From: an uncultured Sulfitobacter sp.
GTDB taxonomy: Bacteria; Pseudomonadota; Alphaproteobacteria; Rhodobacterales; Rhodobacteraceae
Direction: 5' to 3'
Assembly (NCBI GenBank): GCA_913060815.1
Contig: CAJXSZ010000010.1
Location: 34,033-98,032, forward strand
Length of the DNA stretch: 64,000 bases
Shown here: piece by piece, positions 18,250 to 28,626 of the stretch
How the letters are laid out: every line of letters begins with the position of its first letter
How positions within the stretch are numbered: the stretch's first letter is position 1
The notes under the pieces: model-generated
What the model saw: the letters and a program-made list of their open reading frames with translations, nothing else
The model's database searches: none
What the model was told of the DNA's origin: nothing
Made by a program: the position numbers and the translations under genes

Positions 18250-21200
18250 ATGGCGCGGCCTATTCCGAAGACTGCAGGCGGCATCCTGTCCTACTTCACC
18301 CGACACAAAACTCTGGCAAACCTGCTGTTGGTGCTGATGGTCGTTGCGGGAGTCATGGCTGCGCCGAACATGCGGGCGCAGTTCTTTCCTGATGTGATCC
18401 TTGACAGCGTAACCGTAAGCACCGTGTGGCAGGGCGCGGGTGCAGAGGATGTGGATGAAGCGGTCAATCAGGTGCTGGAGACGGCGCTGTTGGGACTGGA
18501 GGGTGTCGAGAGTTCTTCCAGTACGGCGCGCGAAGGGGGCGGCAGCATCTTTCTGGAGTTCGAGCCCGATTGGGACATGGCCCGTGCTACAGCGGATGTG
18601 CAGACTGCCGTCGACTCGATCTCGACCTTGCCAGAGGAGGCCGAAGAGCCTGAGGTGCGGCGTGGCGCATGGCGGGACCGTGTAACGGACGTTGTCATCA
18701 CAGGCGATGTAGCGCCTGAGCAGTTGGGCCGCTTTGCAGATGAACTTGTCACTCGCTTGTTTGCCGTGGGCGTCACCCGCACGACCATTCAGGGGGTCGC
18801 CACGCCACAAACGCTTGTCGAAGTGCCCTCGAACAAGCTCATCGCGTTTGACGTGACGATGGCCCAGATTGCCGCTGCCATTGGTGAGGAAGTCAACGCC
18901 GACCCCGCGGGGGATGTAGACGGGGCGAATGCGCGGGTGCGCACGGGGACTGCGAAACGTACACCACAACAGATTGCTTCGATCACGCTGCGCTCCAACC
19001 CTGATGGATCAAAGCTGTTGATCGGGGATGTGGCGACCGTGCGGGCCCAAGGGATCGACCGCGAGCGCAGCTTTTTCGTAGGCGATAATCCCGCGATGTC
19101 CGTGCGGGTGGACCGCTCGGACCGTGGCGATGCGATCGGCATTCAGGAACAGGTTGAAGACGTTGCCGCCGAGCTTCAGGCGAGTCTGCCTAGCGGTGTC
19201 ACGGTTGAGCTGATCCGCACGCGGGCGGCGGCCATTACAGGACGGCTTGATCTTCTCATAGACAACGGGCTTGTCGGGCTTGGCCTCGTCATTGCATTGC
19301 TCTTCCTGTTTCTTAATGCGCGCACGGCCTTCTGGGTTGCGGCAGGTATTCCTGTGGCGATGGGGGCGGCAATCGCTTTCATGTATCTGGGCGGCCTGAC
19401 GATCAACATGATCTCTTTGTTCGGGCTGATCATTACGCTGGGCATCGTTGTCGATGATGCCATCGTGGTGGGAGAACATGCCGATCACCGCTATCGCCTT
19501 GGCGGGATGAGCGCAGCGGAGGCCGCCGAGGGAGCGGCGCAACGCATGGCGATGCCCGTCTTTGCCGCGACGCTGACCACCGTTATCGCTTTCTTCGGTC
19601 TGGTTGCCATCGGCGGGCGGTTCGGCAGTCTGATCGGTGATATTCCGTTCACGGTTATCGCCGTTTTGATCGCCTCGCTCATCGAGTGCTTCCTGATCTT
19701 GCCGCACCATATGAAAAATGCCCTCGATGGCATTGATAAGCGGCAGAAGTTCACAATGTCCAAACTGGTTATCGGCGGGATCGTGTCGGCGGTTGTCGCG
19801 ACGGTTCTCATCACAGCGATAATCTTCGGGGTGATTGCAGGCTTCTTGTGGCTCACGGGCGCAGAGGTGAGCGCAGCATATGGCTTGCTGTCTGCAAGTG
19901 CGACTGTGCTCGCGGGGGTCACCGCTGTGCTGATCGCGGGCTATTTGCTGAGCCGCCCCGCGCGCCTGCGTGCCATGATGCAGGCGATTGGCACGCACGG
20001 GATCGACACCCCGTCAACTGTCATCAACGCTGGTTTCGTCTGGGTGCGCGAACGTTTGTTCCGCCCCTTCATGGCGGGGGTGATTGCGGCACGCTATGTT
20101 GTGCTCGCAGGTGTTGTTGCTGTGCTCGCAAGTCAGGTCGCCCTGTTTGTACGCGGCGATGTGCAATGGCGGTTCTTTAACGCGCCCGAGCGTGGATCGG
20201 TCACTGGCAATTTCATCATGGCCGAAGGGGCCACCCGCGCAGACACGCTTGAGATGATGCGCGAGATGCAGCGGGCCACGGACGCGGTCGCCGCGCGCCT
20301 TGAAGCGGAGCATGGCACCAACCCGCTTGATTATGTCATGGCTCAAATTGGCGGCAATGGCGGGCGCGGGCTATCGGCGGCGGATGGCAAGGACAGCGAT
20401 CTGTTGGGCGGTATCTCGATTGAACTAATTGACGCTGACCTGCGCCCTTATTCCAGTTTTGCTTTTGTGGCTGAATTGCAGGATGAGGTGATTAACCATC
20501 CGCTTGCCGAAACGGTGAGCTTTCGCGGCTGGCGCTCTGGTCCGGGGGGAGATGCGCTTGACGTGCAGTTCTACGGAGCCTCCACCCAGACGCTCAAAGA
20601 TGCCTCCGAGGCGCTCAAGAATGCGCTGCAACAGTTTCCCGAAGTCAGCGCCGTCGAGGATAACCTCGCTTACGACAAGGAAGAGCTGATCCTTGATCTG
20701 ACGCCGCAGGGGCTGGCGCTGGGCTTTACCATTGACCAGCTGGGGCGCGTGCTGCGCAACCGTTTGGGCGGGATTGAGGCCGCGACCTATCCAGACGGCC
20801 CGCGCTCTGCCACCATCCGTGTCGAGCTGCCAGAGGGGGAGCTGACGGCGGATTTTCTGGACCGTACGCAAATCCGCACAGATCTGGGCAATTACGTCGC
20901 CCTCGCGGATATTGTGAGCGTCGAGCAGCGCACAGGATTCAGCACTGTGCGGCGCGAGAATGGGATCAGACTGATTTCGGTGACGGGCGATATCTCCGAG
21001 GATGACGCCGCGCGCGCAACCGAGATCAACACTGCCTTGGCCGAAGACATCCTGCCGCGCATCGCTGCCGAGCAGCAGGTGGAATATCGCCTTGCTGGCC
21101 TGAGCGAGCAGGAAGACCAGTTCCTCACCGAAGCGTTGACTGGGTTGATCCTGTGCCTAACGGGTATTTTTCTGGTGCTGGCATGGGTGTTTGGCAGTTG

Positions 21201-21906
21201 GACGCGGCCCGTGGTTGTAATGGCGATTATTCCCTTCGGTCTGGTGGGGACAATTTATGGCCACCACGTGTGGGATGTCCCGCTGAGCATGTTCACGGTG
21301 GTCGGCATGCTGGGCATGACGGGCATTATCATCAACGACTCCATCGTGCTGGTCACGACCATCGACGAATATGCACGCGATCGCGGCCTAATCCCTTCAA
21401 TCATTGATGGTGCGGCCGACCGCTTGCGCCCTGTGATGCTCACTACATTAACGACTGTGCTGGGTATGGCCCCACTGCTGTTCGAGCGCAGCCAGCAAGC
21501 GCAGTTTCTTAAACCTACGATCATCACGCTGGTCTACGGTTTGGGCTTTGGCATGATACTTGTGCTTTTGGTGGTGCCTGCGCTTGTGGCCACACAGCAC
21601 GATATCGCGCGCCAGATCGAGGCGATGCGCCGTGGCCTCCGCGCGCCTGTGCGCGGATTGCAGCTAGGGCTGGTGGCACTCTGGGCCGTGATTCTGGGAT
21701 GGGGTGCTCTGACCTTGGGCTTTGCGGCCATGAATGGCGCGCTGCACCCCGCACTTGTTCACACCGCTCCGAGCTTCGGCGATATGTCCGCGATGCCAGC
21801 GGCGTTTCTGCTTTTCGCCGCAGGGGCCGCACTCCTTGCCATCTTTGGTTATGCCATCGGTGCCGGTGCGATGCTGGTACGCCGCAAGCGTGTGTTAGAG
21901 CCCTAG
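18250..21906 (+). CDS. RND efflux permease (AcrB/AcrD/AcrF family)
   Basis: GIVVDDAIVVGE and RLRPVMLTTLTTVLG motifs; 1218 aa. Confidence 0.95.
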   Translation: MARPIPKTAGGILSYFTRHKTLANLLLVLMVVAGVMAAPNMRAQFFPDVILDSVTVSTVWQGAGAEDVDEAVNQVLETALLGLEGVESSSSTAREGGGSIFLEFEPDWDMARATADVQTAVDSISTLPEEAEEPEVRRGAWRDRVTDVVITGDVAPEQLGRFADELVTRLFAVGVTRTTIQGVATPQTLVEVPSNKLIAFDVTMAQIAAAIGEEVNADPAGDVDGANARVRTGTAKRTPQQIASITLRSNPDGSKLLIGDVATVRAQGIDRERSFFVGDNPAMSVRVDRSDRGDAIGIQEQVEDVAAELQASLPSGVTVELIRTRAAAITGRLDLLIDNGLVGLGLVIALLFLFLNARTAFWVAAGIPVAMGAAIAFMYLGGLTINMISLFGLIITLGIVVDDAIVVGEHADHRYRLGGMSAAEAAEGAAQRMAMPVFAATLTTVIAFFGLVAIGGRFGSLIGDIPFTVIAVLIASLIECFLILPHHMKNALDGIDKRQKFTMSKLVIGGIVSAVVATVLITAIIFGVIAGFLWLTGAEVSAAYGLLSASATVLAGVTAVLIAGYLLSRPARLRAMMQAIGTHGIDTPSTVINAGFVWVRERLFRPFMAGVIAARYVVLAGVVAVLASQVALFVRGDVQWRFFNAPERGSVTGNFIMAEGATRADTLEMMREMQRATDAVAARLEAEHGTNPLDYVMAQIGGNGGRGLSAADGKDSDLLGGISIELIDADLRPYSSFAFVAELQDEVINHPLAETVSFRGWRSGPGGDALDVQFYGASTQTLKDASEALKNALQQFPEVSAVEDNLAYDKEELILDLTPQGLALGFTIDQLGRVLRNRLGGIEAATYPDGPRSATIRVELPEGELTADFLDRTQIRTDLGNYVALADIVSVEQRTGFSTVRRENGIRLISVTGDISEDDAARATEINTALAEDILPRIAAEQQVEYRLAGLSEQEDQFLTEALTGLILCLTGIFLVLAWVFGSWTRPVVVMAIIPFGLVGTIYGHHVWDVPLSMFTVVGMLGMTGIIINDSIVLVTTIDEYARDRGLIPSIIDGAADRLRPVMLTTLTTVLGMAPLLFERSQQAQFLKPTIITLVYGLGFGMILVLLVVPALVATQHDIARQIEAMRRGLRAPVRGLQLGLVALWAVILGWGALTLGFAAMNGALHPALVHTAPSFGDMSAMPAAFLLFAAGAALLAIFGYAIGAGAMLVRRKRVLEP

Positions 21907-22709
21907 TCGGGGCTGCAACCGCGCAGATCGACAGCGTGGGATGATCCCAGAACCGTAAATCTGATCGCGGAGCGGTCCAACGCCAATGGCCCCGATCCGT
22001 TTGTGACCATTTCGGCCTGAGTGGTGAGCGTATTGCCGCGGCGCTGTGCTGTGGCTTCCGAAACCCAGACATCCGCACGGCCTGCCTCAATCACGACATG
22101 TTCGGAGCCGCCGGTACTGGGCAAGCGAAGGGTGGCCGTTATGGTCAGACCGTCCTCGGACGGGGTGAGATTGCATGTGGTCGCCTGTGCGCCTGCCTCA
22201 TGTGCGGAGTAGGGCCGTTCCGCCAAAGCCGCAGCAATCGCTGGCACGGGGCTAGTGTTTGCGCTGTCCAGCACGCCTTTGATCTTCAGAGTTTGCGGTA
22301 CGCAAATATCTTTGCACACGCCGATCTCCATCTCGAGGTTGATCTTGACGGGTTTGCCCGCCTGTTTGGCAGCCACCGACAGGGGCAGCGTCACCTGATT
22401 GGCATACCCGACCGAGCGCATGCCGTTCTGGCCGAACACCTTTGGTGTAGGCCAGCTCACGGCGACACCTGACAGGTTGCGGGAGCCTTTCCATGCAAAA
22501 CTGGGCGGTATCCCCGCATCGCCAGGCGCGCGCCAGTAGGTCTTCCATCCGTCGGCTAACGTGAGGCGAATAGCGCCGATGCGAGTGCCGTCCGCCTTTT
22601 GCCAGCCGTCCATAAGTTCTGCCTTCACAGGCAGGTCTGTATGCATGTCGGCAAAGAGGGCAACGGGGCAGGTGGAGAGTGCTGCGGCGCAGAGGATTGA
22701 TTTTATCAT
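21903..22709 (-). CDS. DsbD N-terminal domain protein
   Basis: Signal peptide, GWKTYWRAPGDAGIPP and GVCKDICVP motifs. Confidence 0.88.
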   Translation of the reverse strand: MIKSILCAAALSTCPVALFADMHTDLPVKAELMDGWQKADGTRIGAIRLTLADGWKTYWRAPGDAGIPPSFAWKGSRNLSGVAVSWPTPKVFGQNGMRSVGYANQVTLPLSVAAKQAGKPVKINLEMEIGVCKDICVPQTLKIKGVLDSANTSPVPAIAAALAERPYSAHEAGAQATTCNLTPSEDGLTITATLRLPSTGGSEHVVIEAGRADVWVSEATAQRRGNTLTTQAEMVTNGSGPLALDRSAIRFTVLGSSHAVDLRGCSPD

Positions 22710-22859
22710 GCCTCTTATGTGACGCTCGGACGTTGGTTTGCCAAGTCACAAGTCAGTCAGCCATGTTTCCGGGTAGCCATGTTCCGCTAATCCGTCTTGC
22801 GGCGGGCTGCGTGGCTGGGCAAACTGGAGAAAAATCAGAGATCGGGGCAGGAGACGGAA

Positions 22860-23414
22860 ATGGATTTGACAGGCCAGCTTTTGATCGCAATGCCCGGTAT
22901 GGGCGATCCGCGGTTCGCACGCTCTGTCGTCTTTATTTGCGCGCACTCGAAGGAAGGCGCGATGGGGTTGATGATCAACAAGCCTGTGGGCGACATGCAG
23001 CTGACCGAAGTTTTCAGCCGCTTGGACATGTCGCCAGCGCCGCAGGCCGCCACCGGGCCTGTCTACTACGGCGGACCAGTCGAGACTGAACGCGGATTTG
23101 TGCTTCACCGTGAAGCCGTGGGTTTCGGCCCTGATCCATTGATCGTCAATGGCGGCTATGTCCTGACCGCGACACAAGATATTCTGGCCGCACTGGCGGA
23201 TGGCAATGGCCCTGTGCCGTTTTTGTTCGCGCTGGGATATGCGGGCTGGGCGGCGGATCAGTTGGAGCAGGAGATTGCGCAGAATGGATGGCTGACAGCA
23301 CCTGCGACGCCATCGCTCATTTTTGAGACGGCAGATGATGCGGTCTGGGATGCGGCCTTGCGGAGTATTGGCATTGATCCCCTAAGCTTGTCCGCCGCAG
23401 CGGGCAGAGCCTAG
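22860..23414 (+). CDS. YqgE/AlgH family protein
   Basis: LLIAMPGMGDPRF, GGPVETERGFVLH and LGYAGW...QLEQE motifs. Confidence 0.93.
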   Translation: MDLTGQLLIAMPGMGDPRFARSVVFICAHSKEGAMGLMINKPVGDMQLTEVFSRLDMSPAPQAATGPVYYGGPVETERGFVLHREAVGFGPDPLIVNGGYVLTATQDILAALADGNGPVPFLFALGYAGWAADQLEQEIAQNGWLTAPATPSLIFETADDAVWDAALRSIGIDPLSLSAAAGRA

Positions 23415-24370
23415 TCGCGCGGGGCAGCCGCACGCTTGAGCCTGTCATTAATCGCACGGCCCAGCCCCGTCATCGGGATGGGGGCAATAGCGATCGCACC
23501 GCCAAGCGCGTCGAGCTTGTGAAGATGCCCGAACAGATTTGCGGCAGCCTCTGCCAGATCACCCGATGCTGAAAGGGTATGCGTGCCGGCGATTTCTCCA
23601 AAACCAAGCAGATGCTCCCCCTCGTGCGCCTGCGTTGCATTCAGACGCACGGCACCACGGGGTGCGTAGTGAGACAGCAATTGACCAGGGGCCGAAATGG
23701 CGGTGTCAGCATATGTATGCAGCTTTTGATCCAGCACTTGTTCAATCCGCTCAGCGGATACGCCGCCTTCGCGCAGCATGACAGCTTTCGGGCCGTCAAA
23801 TCCGATGATCGTACTCTCAAGGCCGACATTGCATGGGCCGCCATCCAGAATTGCTGCAATGCGGCCCTCCAGACCCGTAGCAACATGCTCTGCTGTGGTC
23901 GGGCTGATGCGGCCCGAGGGGTTTGCCGACGGTGCGGCAACGGGACCGCCAAATGCACCCAGAAGAGCCTGTGCGGCAGGGTGTGCCGGAACCCGGATCG
24001 CAAGCGTGTCGAGGCCAGCAGTCACAAGTGATGATATACCATGCGAGGGCCGCAGCGGCAGGACAAGGGTCAGAGGACCGGGCCAGAACGCATCTGCCAA
24101 CTGCTGCGCTGCAGGTGTCCATTCGACATATGTTTTGGCTGACTGGGTGTCCGCCACATGCACAATCAGCGGGTTGAACGCGGGGCGGCCTTTTGCCGCA
24201 TAAATCGCTGCGACGGCCTCGCCCTGACGGGCGTCGGCCCCTAGGCCATAGACCGTCTCGGTCGGGAAGGCGACCAGCGCACCCTTACCCAGAAGGGCCG
24301 CCGCGCGGGTCAACCCCGCTGTGTCCTCTGACAGGCATTCGGTGTCGATGTGATCGCTTGTGAAGGACAT
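23411..24370 (-). CDS. tsaC: L-threonylcarbamoyladenylate synthase (Sua5 type)
   Basis: PTETVYGLGAD, KGRPAFNPLIVH, AAPSANPSG and GLESTI motifs. Confidence 0.95.
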   Translation of the reverse strand: MSFTSDHIDTECLSEDTAGLTRAAALLGKGALVAFPTETVYGLGADARQGEAVAAIYAAKGRPAFNPLIVHVADTQSAKTYVEWTPAAQQLADAFWPGPLTLVLPLRPSHGISSLVTAGLDTLAIRVPAHPAAQALLGAFGGPVAAPSANPSGRISPTTAEHVATGLEGRIAAILDGGPCNVGLESTIIGFDGPKAVMLREGGVSAERIEQVLDQKLHTYADTAISAPGQLLSHYAPRGAVRLNATQAHEGEHLLGFGEIAGTHTLSASGDLAEAAANLFGHLHKLDALGGAIAIAPIPMTGLGRAINDRLKRAAAPRD

Positions 24371-24504
24371 GGCCCGCTCTGTTTTCTATGACGCCGCGTT
24401 TTGTTTGCACTTCGTCGGGTGTGTGTTCAATCTTTACCTAAAGTCGGCTTGCGCGCATTCGAATGTGCGTGAGACCTATCACCTGAGGACTAGAGTGAGG
24501 TAGT

Positions 24505-26223
24505 ATGACGTATCGCGCACCTGTTGAAGACTACAATTTCCTGTTTGAGCAAGTTGTCGGACTGGATCGCCTGCGGGCGACCGAACGGTTTGCCGATGCA
24601 ACAGCAGATGTAACCCGTGCGATTCTGACCGAGGCTGGCAAGTTCTGTGAAGAGGTGATGGCCCCGCTGCAACGGGTAGGCGATACGCATCCCGCCCGCC
24701 TCGAGAACGGCGTTGTGCGCACGTCCCCGGGGTTCCGTGAGGGATATCAGGCGATTTGCGAAGGTGGATGGGTCGGCATGTCAGCGGATCCCGAGTACGG
24801 GGGCATGGGCCTGCCGATGGCGGTGACCGCAGCCGTTGGCGATATGATGAGCGGGTCTTGCCTGTCTTTGCAGCTCGCCCCCATGTTGACCCAAGGCCAG
24901 ATCGAAGCGCTTGAGCATCACGCGAGTGATACGCTCAAGGCATTGTATCTGCCCAAGCTGATCAGTGGCGAGTGGACAGGAACCATGAACCTGACAGAGC
25001 CACAGGCGGGCTCGGACGTAGGCGCGCTTACGACCAAAGCAGTGGACAATGGTGATGGCACTTACGCAATCACGGGCCAGAAAATTTATATTACTTGGGG
25101 TGATCATGATCTGGGCGGAAACGTCTGCCACCTTGTGCTGGCACGGCTCGAGGGAGCTCCAGCGGGCGTGAAGGGCATCAGCCTGTTTCTGGTGCCCAAG
25201 TTGCTGTTGGACGATGAGGGCAACGTTGGACCACGCAACGATGTAAGTGTTGTGAGCCTTGAACATAAGATGGGTTTGCATGGCTCGCCCACCTGCGTCA
25301 TGCAATATGATGGCGCGACAGGCTGGCTTGTTGGAGAACTTCAGGGCGGCATGGATGCGATGTTTACCATGATGAACAACGCGCGGCTTGGTGTCGGTGG
25401 GCAGGGGATCGGGGTGGCCGATGCCTCCTACCAGCACGCGCTGGCCTATGCGCAGGATCGCAAGCAGGGCAAAACCAAAACCGCAGAGGGCAAGGACTCG
25501 ATCCTTGGTCACGCAGATGTGCGGCGCATGCTGACCACGATGAAAGCCGACGTTTTCGCCGCCCGCGCTATTGCTGTGTGCAACGCCGTGGCGATTGATA
25601 TGGCCAATGCCACCGGTGACAAAGCATGGAAAGCGCGCGCGGCTTTGCTGACGCCGATCACAAAAGCTTTTGGCACCGACACAGGCATTGCGGTGGCCGA
25701 TATGGGGCTTCAGGTCCACGGCGGCATGGGCTTTGTCGAGGAAACGGGGGCCGCGCAATTCTGCCGTGATGTCCGCGTCACCGCGATTTACGAGGGCACC
25801 AACGGCATTCAAGCCATGGACCTTGTCGCGCGCAAGATGATGGATGGCGGCGAGGCGGCGATGGCGCTGCTGGATGAGGTCGCGGAAGACGTCGAAGCGG
25901 CCAAGGCGGTATTCCCCCGCCTTGCAGCGGATGTTTGGGAAGCCACCGAGAGTATGCGCGAGGCGACTGAATGGCTGTTGTCTCAGACCGATCTACAGGA
26001 GCGTTTTGCAGGGGCGGTGCCCTATCTGCACGCCTTTGCCCGCATCCTCGGCGCGCATCTGCACCTCAAGGCGGCGGTGGCCGAGCGCGGCGGTGCACGC
26101 GAAAAGCTAGCGCGCTACTATATCCAGCGGATGCTGCCCGAGCATGCGGCCCTTCTGGCCCATGCGCAGGCAGGGGCGGAAGATCTGTATGCGCTGACCG
26201 CCGAAGAATTGGCGGTCTCGTGA
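24505..26223 (+). CDS. Acyl-CoA dehydrogenase
   Basis: GTMNLTEPQAGSDVG, KMGLHGSPT and IYEGTNGIQAMDL motifs. Confidence 0.95.
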   Translation: MTYRAPVEDYNFLFEQVVGLDRLRATERFADATADVTRAILTEAGKFCEEVMAPLQRVGDTHPARLENGVVRTSPGFREGYQAICEGGWVGMSADPEYGGMGLPMAVTAAVGDMMSGSCLSLQLAPMLTQGQIEALEHHASDTLKALYLPKLISGEWTGTMNLTEPQAGSDVGALTTKAVDNGDGTYAITGQKIYITWGDHDLGGNVCHLVLARLEGAPAGVKGISLFLVPKLLLDDEGNVGPRNDVSVVSLEHKMGLHGSPTCVMQYDGATGWLVGELQGGMDAMFTMMNNARLGVGGQGIGVADASYQHALAYAQDRKQGKTKTAEGKDSILGHADVRRMLTTMKADVFAARAIAVCNAVAIDMANATGDKAWKARAALLTPITKAFGTDTGIAVADMGLQVHGGMGFVEETGAAQFCRDVRVTAIYEGTNGIQAMDLVARKMMDGGEAAMALLDEVAEDVEAAKAVFPRLAADVWEATESMREATEWLLSQTDLQERFAGAVPYLHAFARILGAHLHLKAAVAERGGAREKLARYYIQRMLPEHAALLAHAQAGAEDLYALTAEELAVS

Positions 26224-26250
26224 CTGCCCCAATAGAATGGAAATAATATA

Positions 26251-27300
26251 ATGGCCGAGCGTCCCGCTCCCGAAGGTCTGCGGTATCCGTGGGACACACC
26301 ACCCAGCGGCACAGAGGCGATCGAGGTCGCCCCCGGTGTGCTCTGGATGCGCCTGCCGTTGCCCATGAAACTAGACCATGTGAACGTCTATGCGTTGGAT
26401 GAAGGCGACAGCTGGACCATCATCGACACAGGTTTTGCCTCGAAGAAATCAAAAAGCATCTGGACCGATCTCATGGCGGGGCCGCTGGGCGGCAAGCCTG
26501 TTTCCCGCGTTGTGGTCACGCACCACCACCCCGATCACATCGGCCTTGCAGGCTGGTTCCAGACCGAGCATGGGGCCGAGTTGGTGACAACGCGCACCGC
26601 ATGGCTCACAGCGCGGATGCTTACGCTGGACGTTCAGGAGGCGCCAAACGCCGAGAGCCTTGCTTTCTACCGCTCGGCGGGGATGGAAGAGGCAATCTAT
26701 CAAAAGCGTGCCACCGACCGTCCTTTTAATTTTGCGGATATCGTCGCTCCGCTGCCGCTGGGTTATTTGCGGATACAGCAAGGCGATACGATCCAGATGG
26801 GTGGCCGCACATGGGACATCCACATGGGTAATGGCCACGCGCCCGAACACGCGACCTTCTGGAGCCGTGATGACAATCTGGTCATTGCAGGCGATCAGAT
26901 TCTGCCCTCCATCAGCCCCAATGTCGGCGTCTATGCCACCGAGCCTATGGCCGATCCCATCGGCGAATGGTTGGAAGCTTGTGAACGCTTGGCCTTGTTA
27001 GGGCGTGCCGACCATCTGGTGTTGGGCGGCCATAAGGTCCCGTTCACAGGTCTGCCTAAACGGATGCGGATGCTGATCGACAACCATCACAGCGCATTGG
27101 GCCGCCTGCTTGACTATATCGACACCCCGAAAACCGCAGGCGAGGTTTTCTCACCCCTGTTCAAAAGAGCGATAGGTGAGGGGGAATATGGCCTCGCGCT
27201 GGTTGAAGCCTTTGCGCATTTGAGCCACCTTTACCAGACGGGCCTTGCCACGCGTACCCTGCGCGACGACGGTGCATGGCTCTTTCAGAAAAAGGGGTGA
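26251..27300 (+). CDS. MBL-fold metallo-hydrolase
   Basis: THHHPDHIG, GHAPEH, GDQIL and GGH motifs. Confidence 0.93.
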   Translation: MAERPAPEGLRYPWDTPPSGTEAIEVAPGVLWMRLPLPMKLDHVNVYALDEGDSWTIIDTGFASKKSKSIWTDLMAGPLGGKPVSRVVVTHHHPDHIGLAGWFQTEHGAELVTTRTAWLTARMLTLDVQEAPNAESLAFYRSAGMEEAIYQKRATDRPFNFADIVAPLPLGYLRIQQGDTIQMGGRTWDIHMGNGHAPEHATFWSRDDNLVIAGDQILPSISPNVGVYATEPMADPIGEWLEACERLALLGRADHLVLGGHKVPFTGLPKRMRMLIDNHHSALGRLLDYIDTPKTAGEVFSPLFKRAIGEGEYGLALVEAFAHLSHLYQTGLATRTLRDDGAWLFQKKG

Positions 27301-27303
27301 CAT

Positions 27304-27768
27304 ATGGGCGATCAGATCGAAACGGCGGCCGAGGCCGCAGAAGCACATGCCATGCCGCGGGTGCATGAAGTCCATACCGATCCCGATGCCAAAAACGCTC
27401 AGGACCAGAAACTGCCCAAAGGTGTGTCGGGTAAGCCTGTAGAGCAGAAATCCCCCGCACAATGGGCCTATGAGCGCACGGTGCTGTATCTCAAGAAGTT
27501 CGAAGAGGGGCTGGATGACGGCCACGAGATCGCAATGGGCTTTGCGGGCACGGACGCAGGCGTGCTCAAGATCGAGGGGATGGGGTATTTTGACCCTGAC
27601 ATCGTTACCTTTTACGGCGCAGATCCTGCGGGGTCCAAAATGCAGCTGGTGCAGCACGTTAGCCAGCTAAGCGTGGTGTTTCGCGCTCTGCCCAAAGCGG
27701 TCGAGACGGCGGAGCCCAACAGGATCGGCTTCAAACTTCTCGCGGATCTGGAAAAGGGTGACGCCTGA
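27304..27768 (+). CDS. DUF6173-like protein
   Basis: SPAQWAYER...GMGYFDPDIVTFYG...RIGF pattern. Confidence 0.8.
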   Translation: MGDQIETAAEAAEAHAMPRVHEVHTDPDAKNAQDQKLPKGVSGKPVEQKSPAQWAYERTVLYLKKFEEGLDDGHEIAMGFAGTDAGVLKIEGMGYFDPDIVTFYGADPAGSKMQLVQHVSQLSVVFRALPKAVETAEPNRIGFKLLADLEKGDA

Positions 27769-27872
27769 CTGCGGCCTATCGCCAAGTTGGAGCAAATCTG
27801 GCGTGACAGATCGGGCGAAATGCCGTACTGCGTGCCTACGTTTTAGCCAATCACGACAAAAGGGACTCTCTC

Positions 27873-28007
27873 ATGGCCGAACATGAACATGGCAGCATGA
27901 ACACAGACACACAGCAGAAGACATTTGACGGGTTCATGACCTTTGTCACACGCGCTGTCATTGTGATCATCGGCATCCTTCTTTTTATGGCTATTTTCGC
28001 CCGCTAA
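27873..28007 (+). CDS. ctaH: aa3-type cytochrome c oxidase subunit IV
   Basis: 44 aa, MAEHEHGSMNTDTQQKTFDGFMTFVTRAVIVIIGILLFMAIFAR; typical alphaproteobacterial COX IV; absent from the ORF track. Confidence 0.88.
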   Translation: MAEHEHGSMNTDTQQKTFDGFMTFVTRAVIVIIGILLFMAIFAR

Positions 28008-28023
28008 TCTGATTGACCGAACT

Positions 28024-28626
28024 ATGATGAAACCCTTTCTCGCGCTCGCTCTGTCGGCTGTTGTACTTGCGGGCTGCGCAGAGAAGGGCAAAGAATCGAC
28101 TGCATCCGAGATCAACGCAGCGGTCTATGCCTATAGCGGCCAGCCCAAGCTTACGTTGATCACGATGGTGAACAACCGCACGGGTGCGGGCGCGCATACG
28201 GCGTTGTTGGTCCAAGGGTCACAATCCGTGATTTTTGATCCTGCGGGCTCTTTCATCCATGAACGGGTGCCCGAGCGTGGGGATGTTCTTTATGGAATGT
28301 CGCCTGGTTGGATCAAATCCTATGTATCCTCACATGCGCGCAGCGAATTCCATGTGGTCAGTCAGGAATTTGATGTCACCCCTGCGCAGGCAGAGCGTGC
28401 CTTACAGCTTGTGCAGGCAAACGGACCTGTTCCCAGTGCCCACTGCGCCCACTCAACGTCGGCCATCTTGCAGCAAATCCCCGGATTCCAATCGATCCAG
28501 CAAGGTTATTATCCGCTCAAGTTGATGGAGCAGGTGCAGGCAATTCCCGGGGTGCGGACGACACGCCTTTACGAGGATGATGAAGGCAACGTCCTTGACG
28601 GTATCAAAGCCGCTTCACCCGAGTAG
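28024..28626 (+). CDS. Hypothetical lipoprotein
   Basis: Lipobox LAGC; His (GAHTALL) and Cys (AHCAHST) motifs. Confidence 0.8.
   Translation: MMKPFLALALSAVVLAGCAEKGKESTASEINAAVYAYSGQPKLTLITMVNNRTGAGAHTALLVQGSQSVIFDPAGSFIHERVPERGDVLYGMSPGWIKSYVSSHARSEFHVVSQEFDVTPAQAERALQLVQANGPVPSAHCAHSTSAILQQIPGFQSIQQGYYPLKLMEQVQAIPGVRTTRLYEDDEGNVLDGIKAASPE

Noticed and set aside
21903-23414. CTAG stop-stop overlaps of convergent genes (21903-21906 and 23411-23414)
   Set aside because: Common result of genome compaction; no evidence of function.
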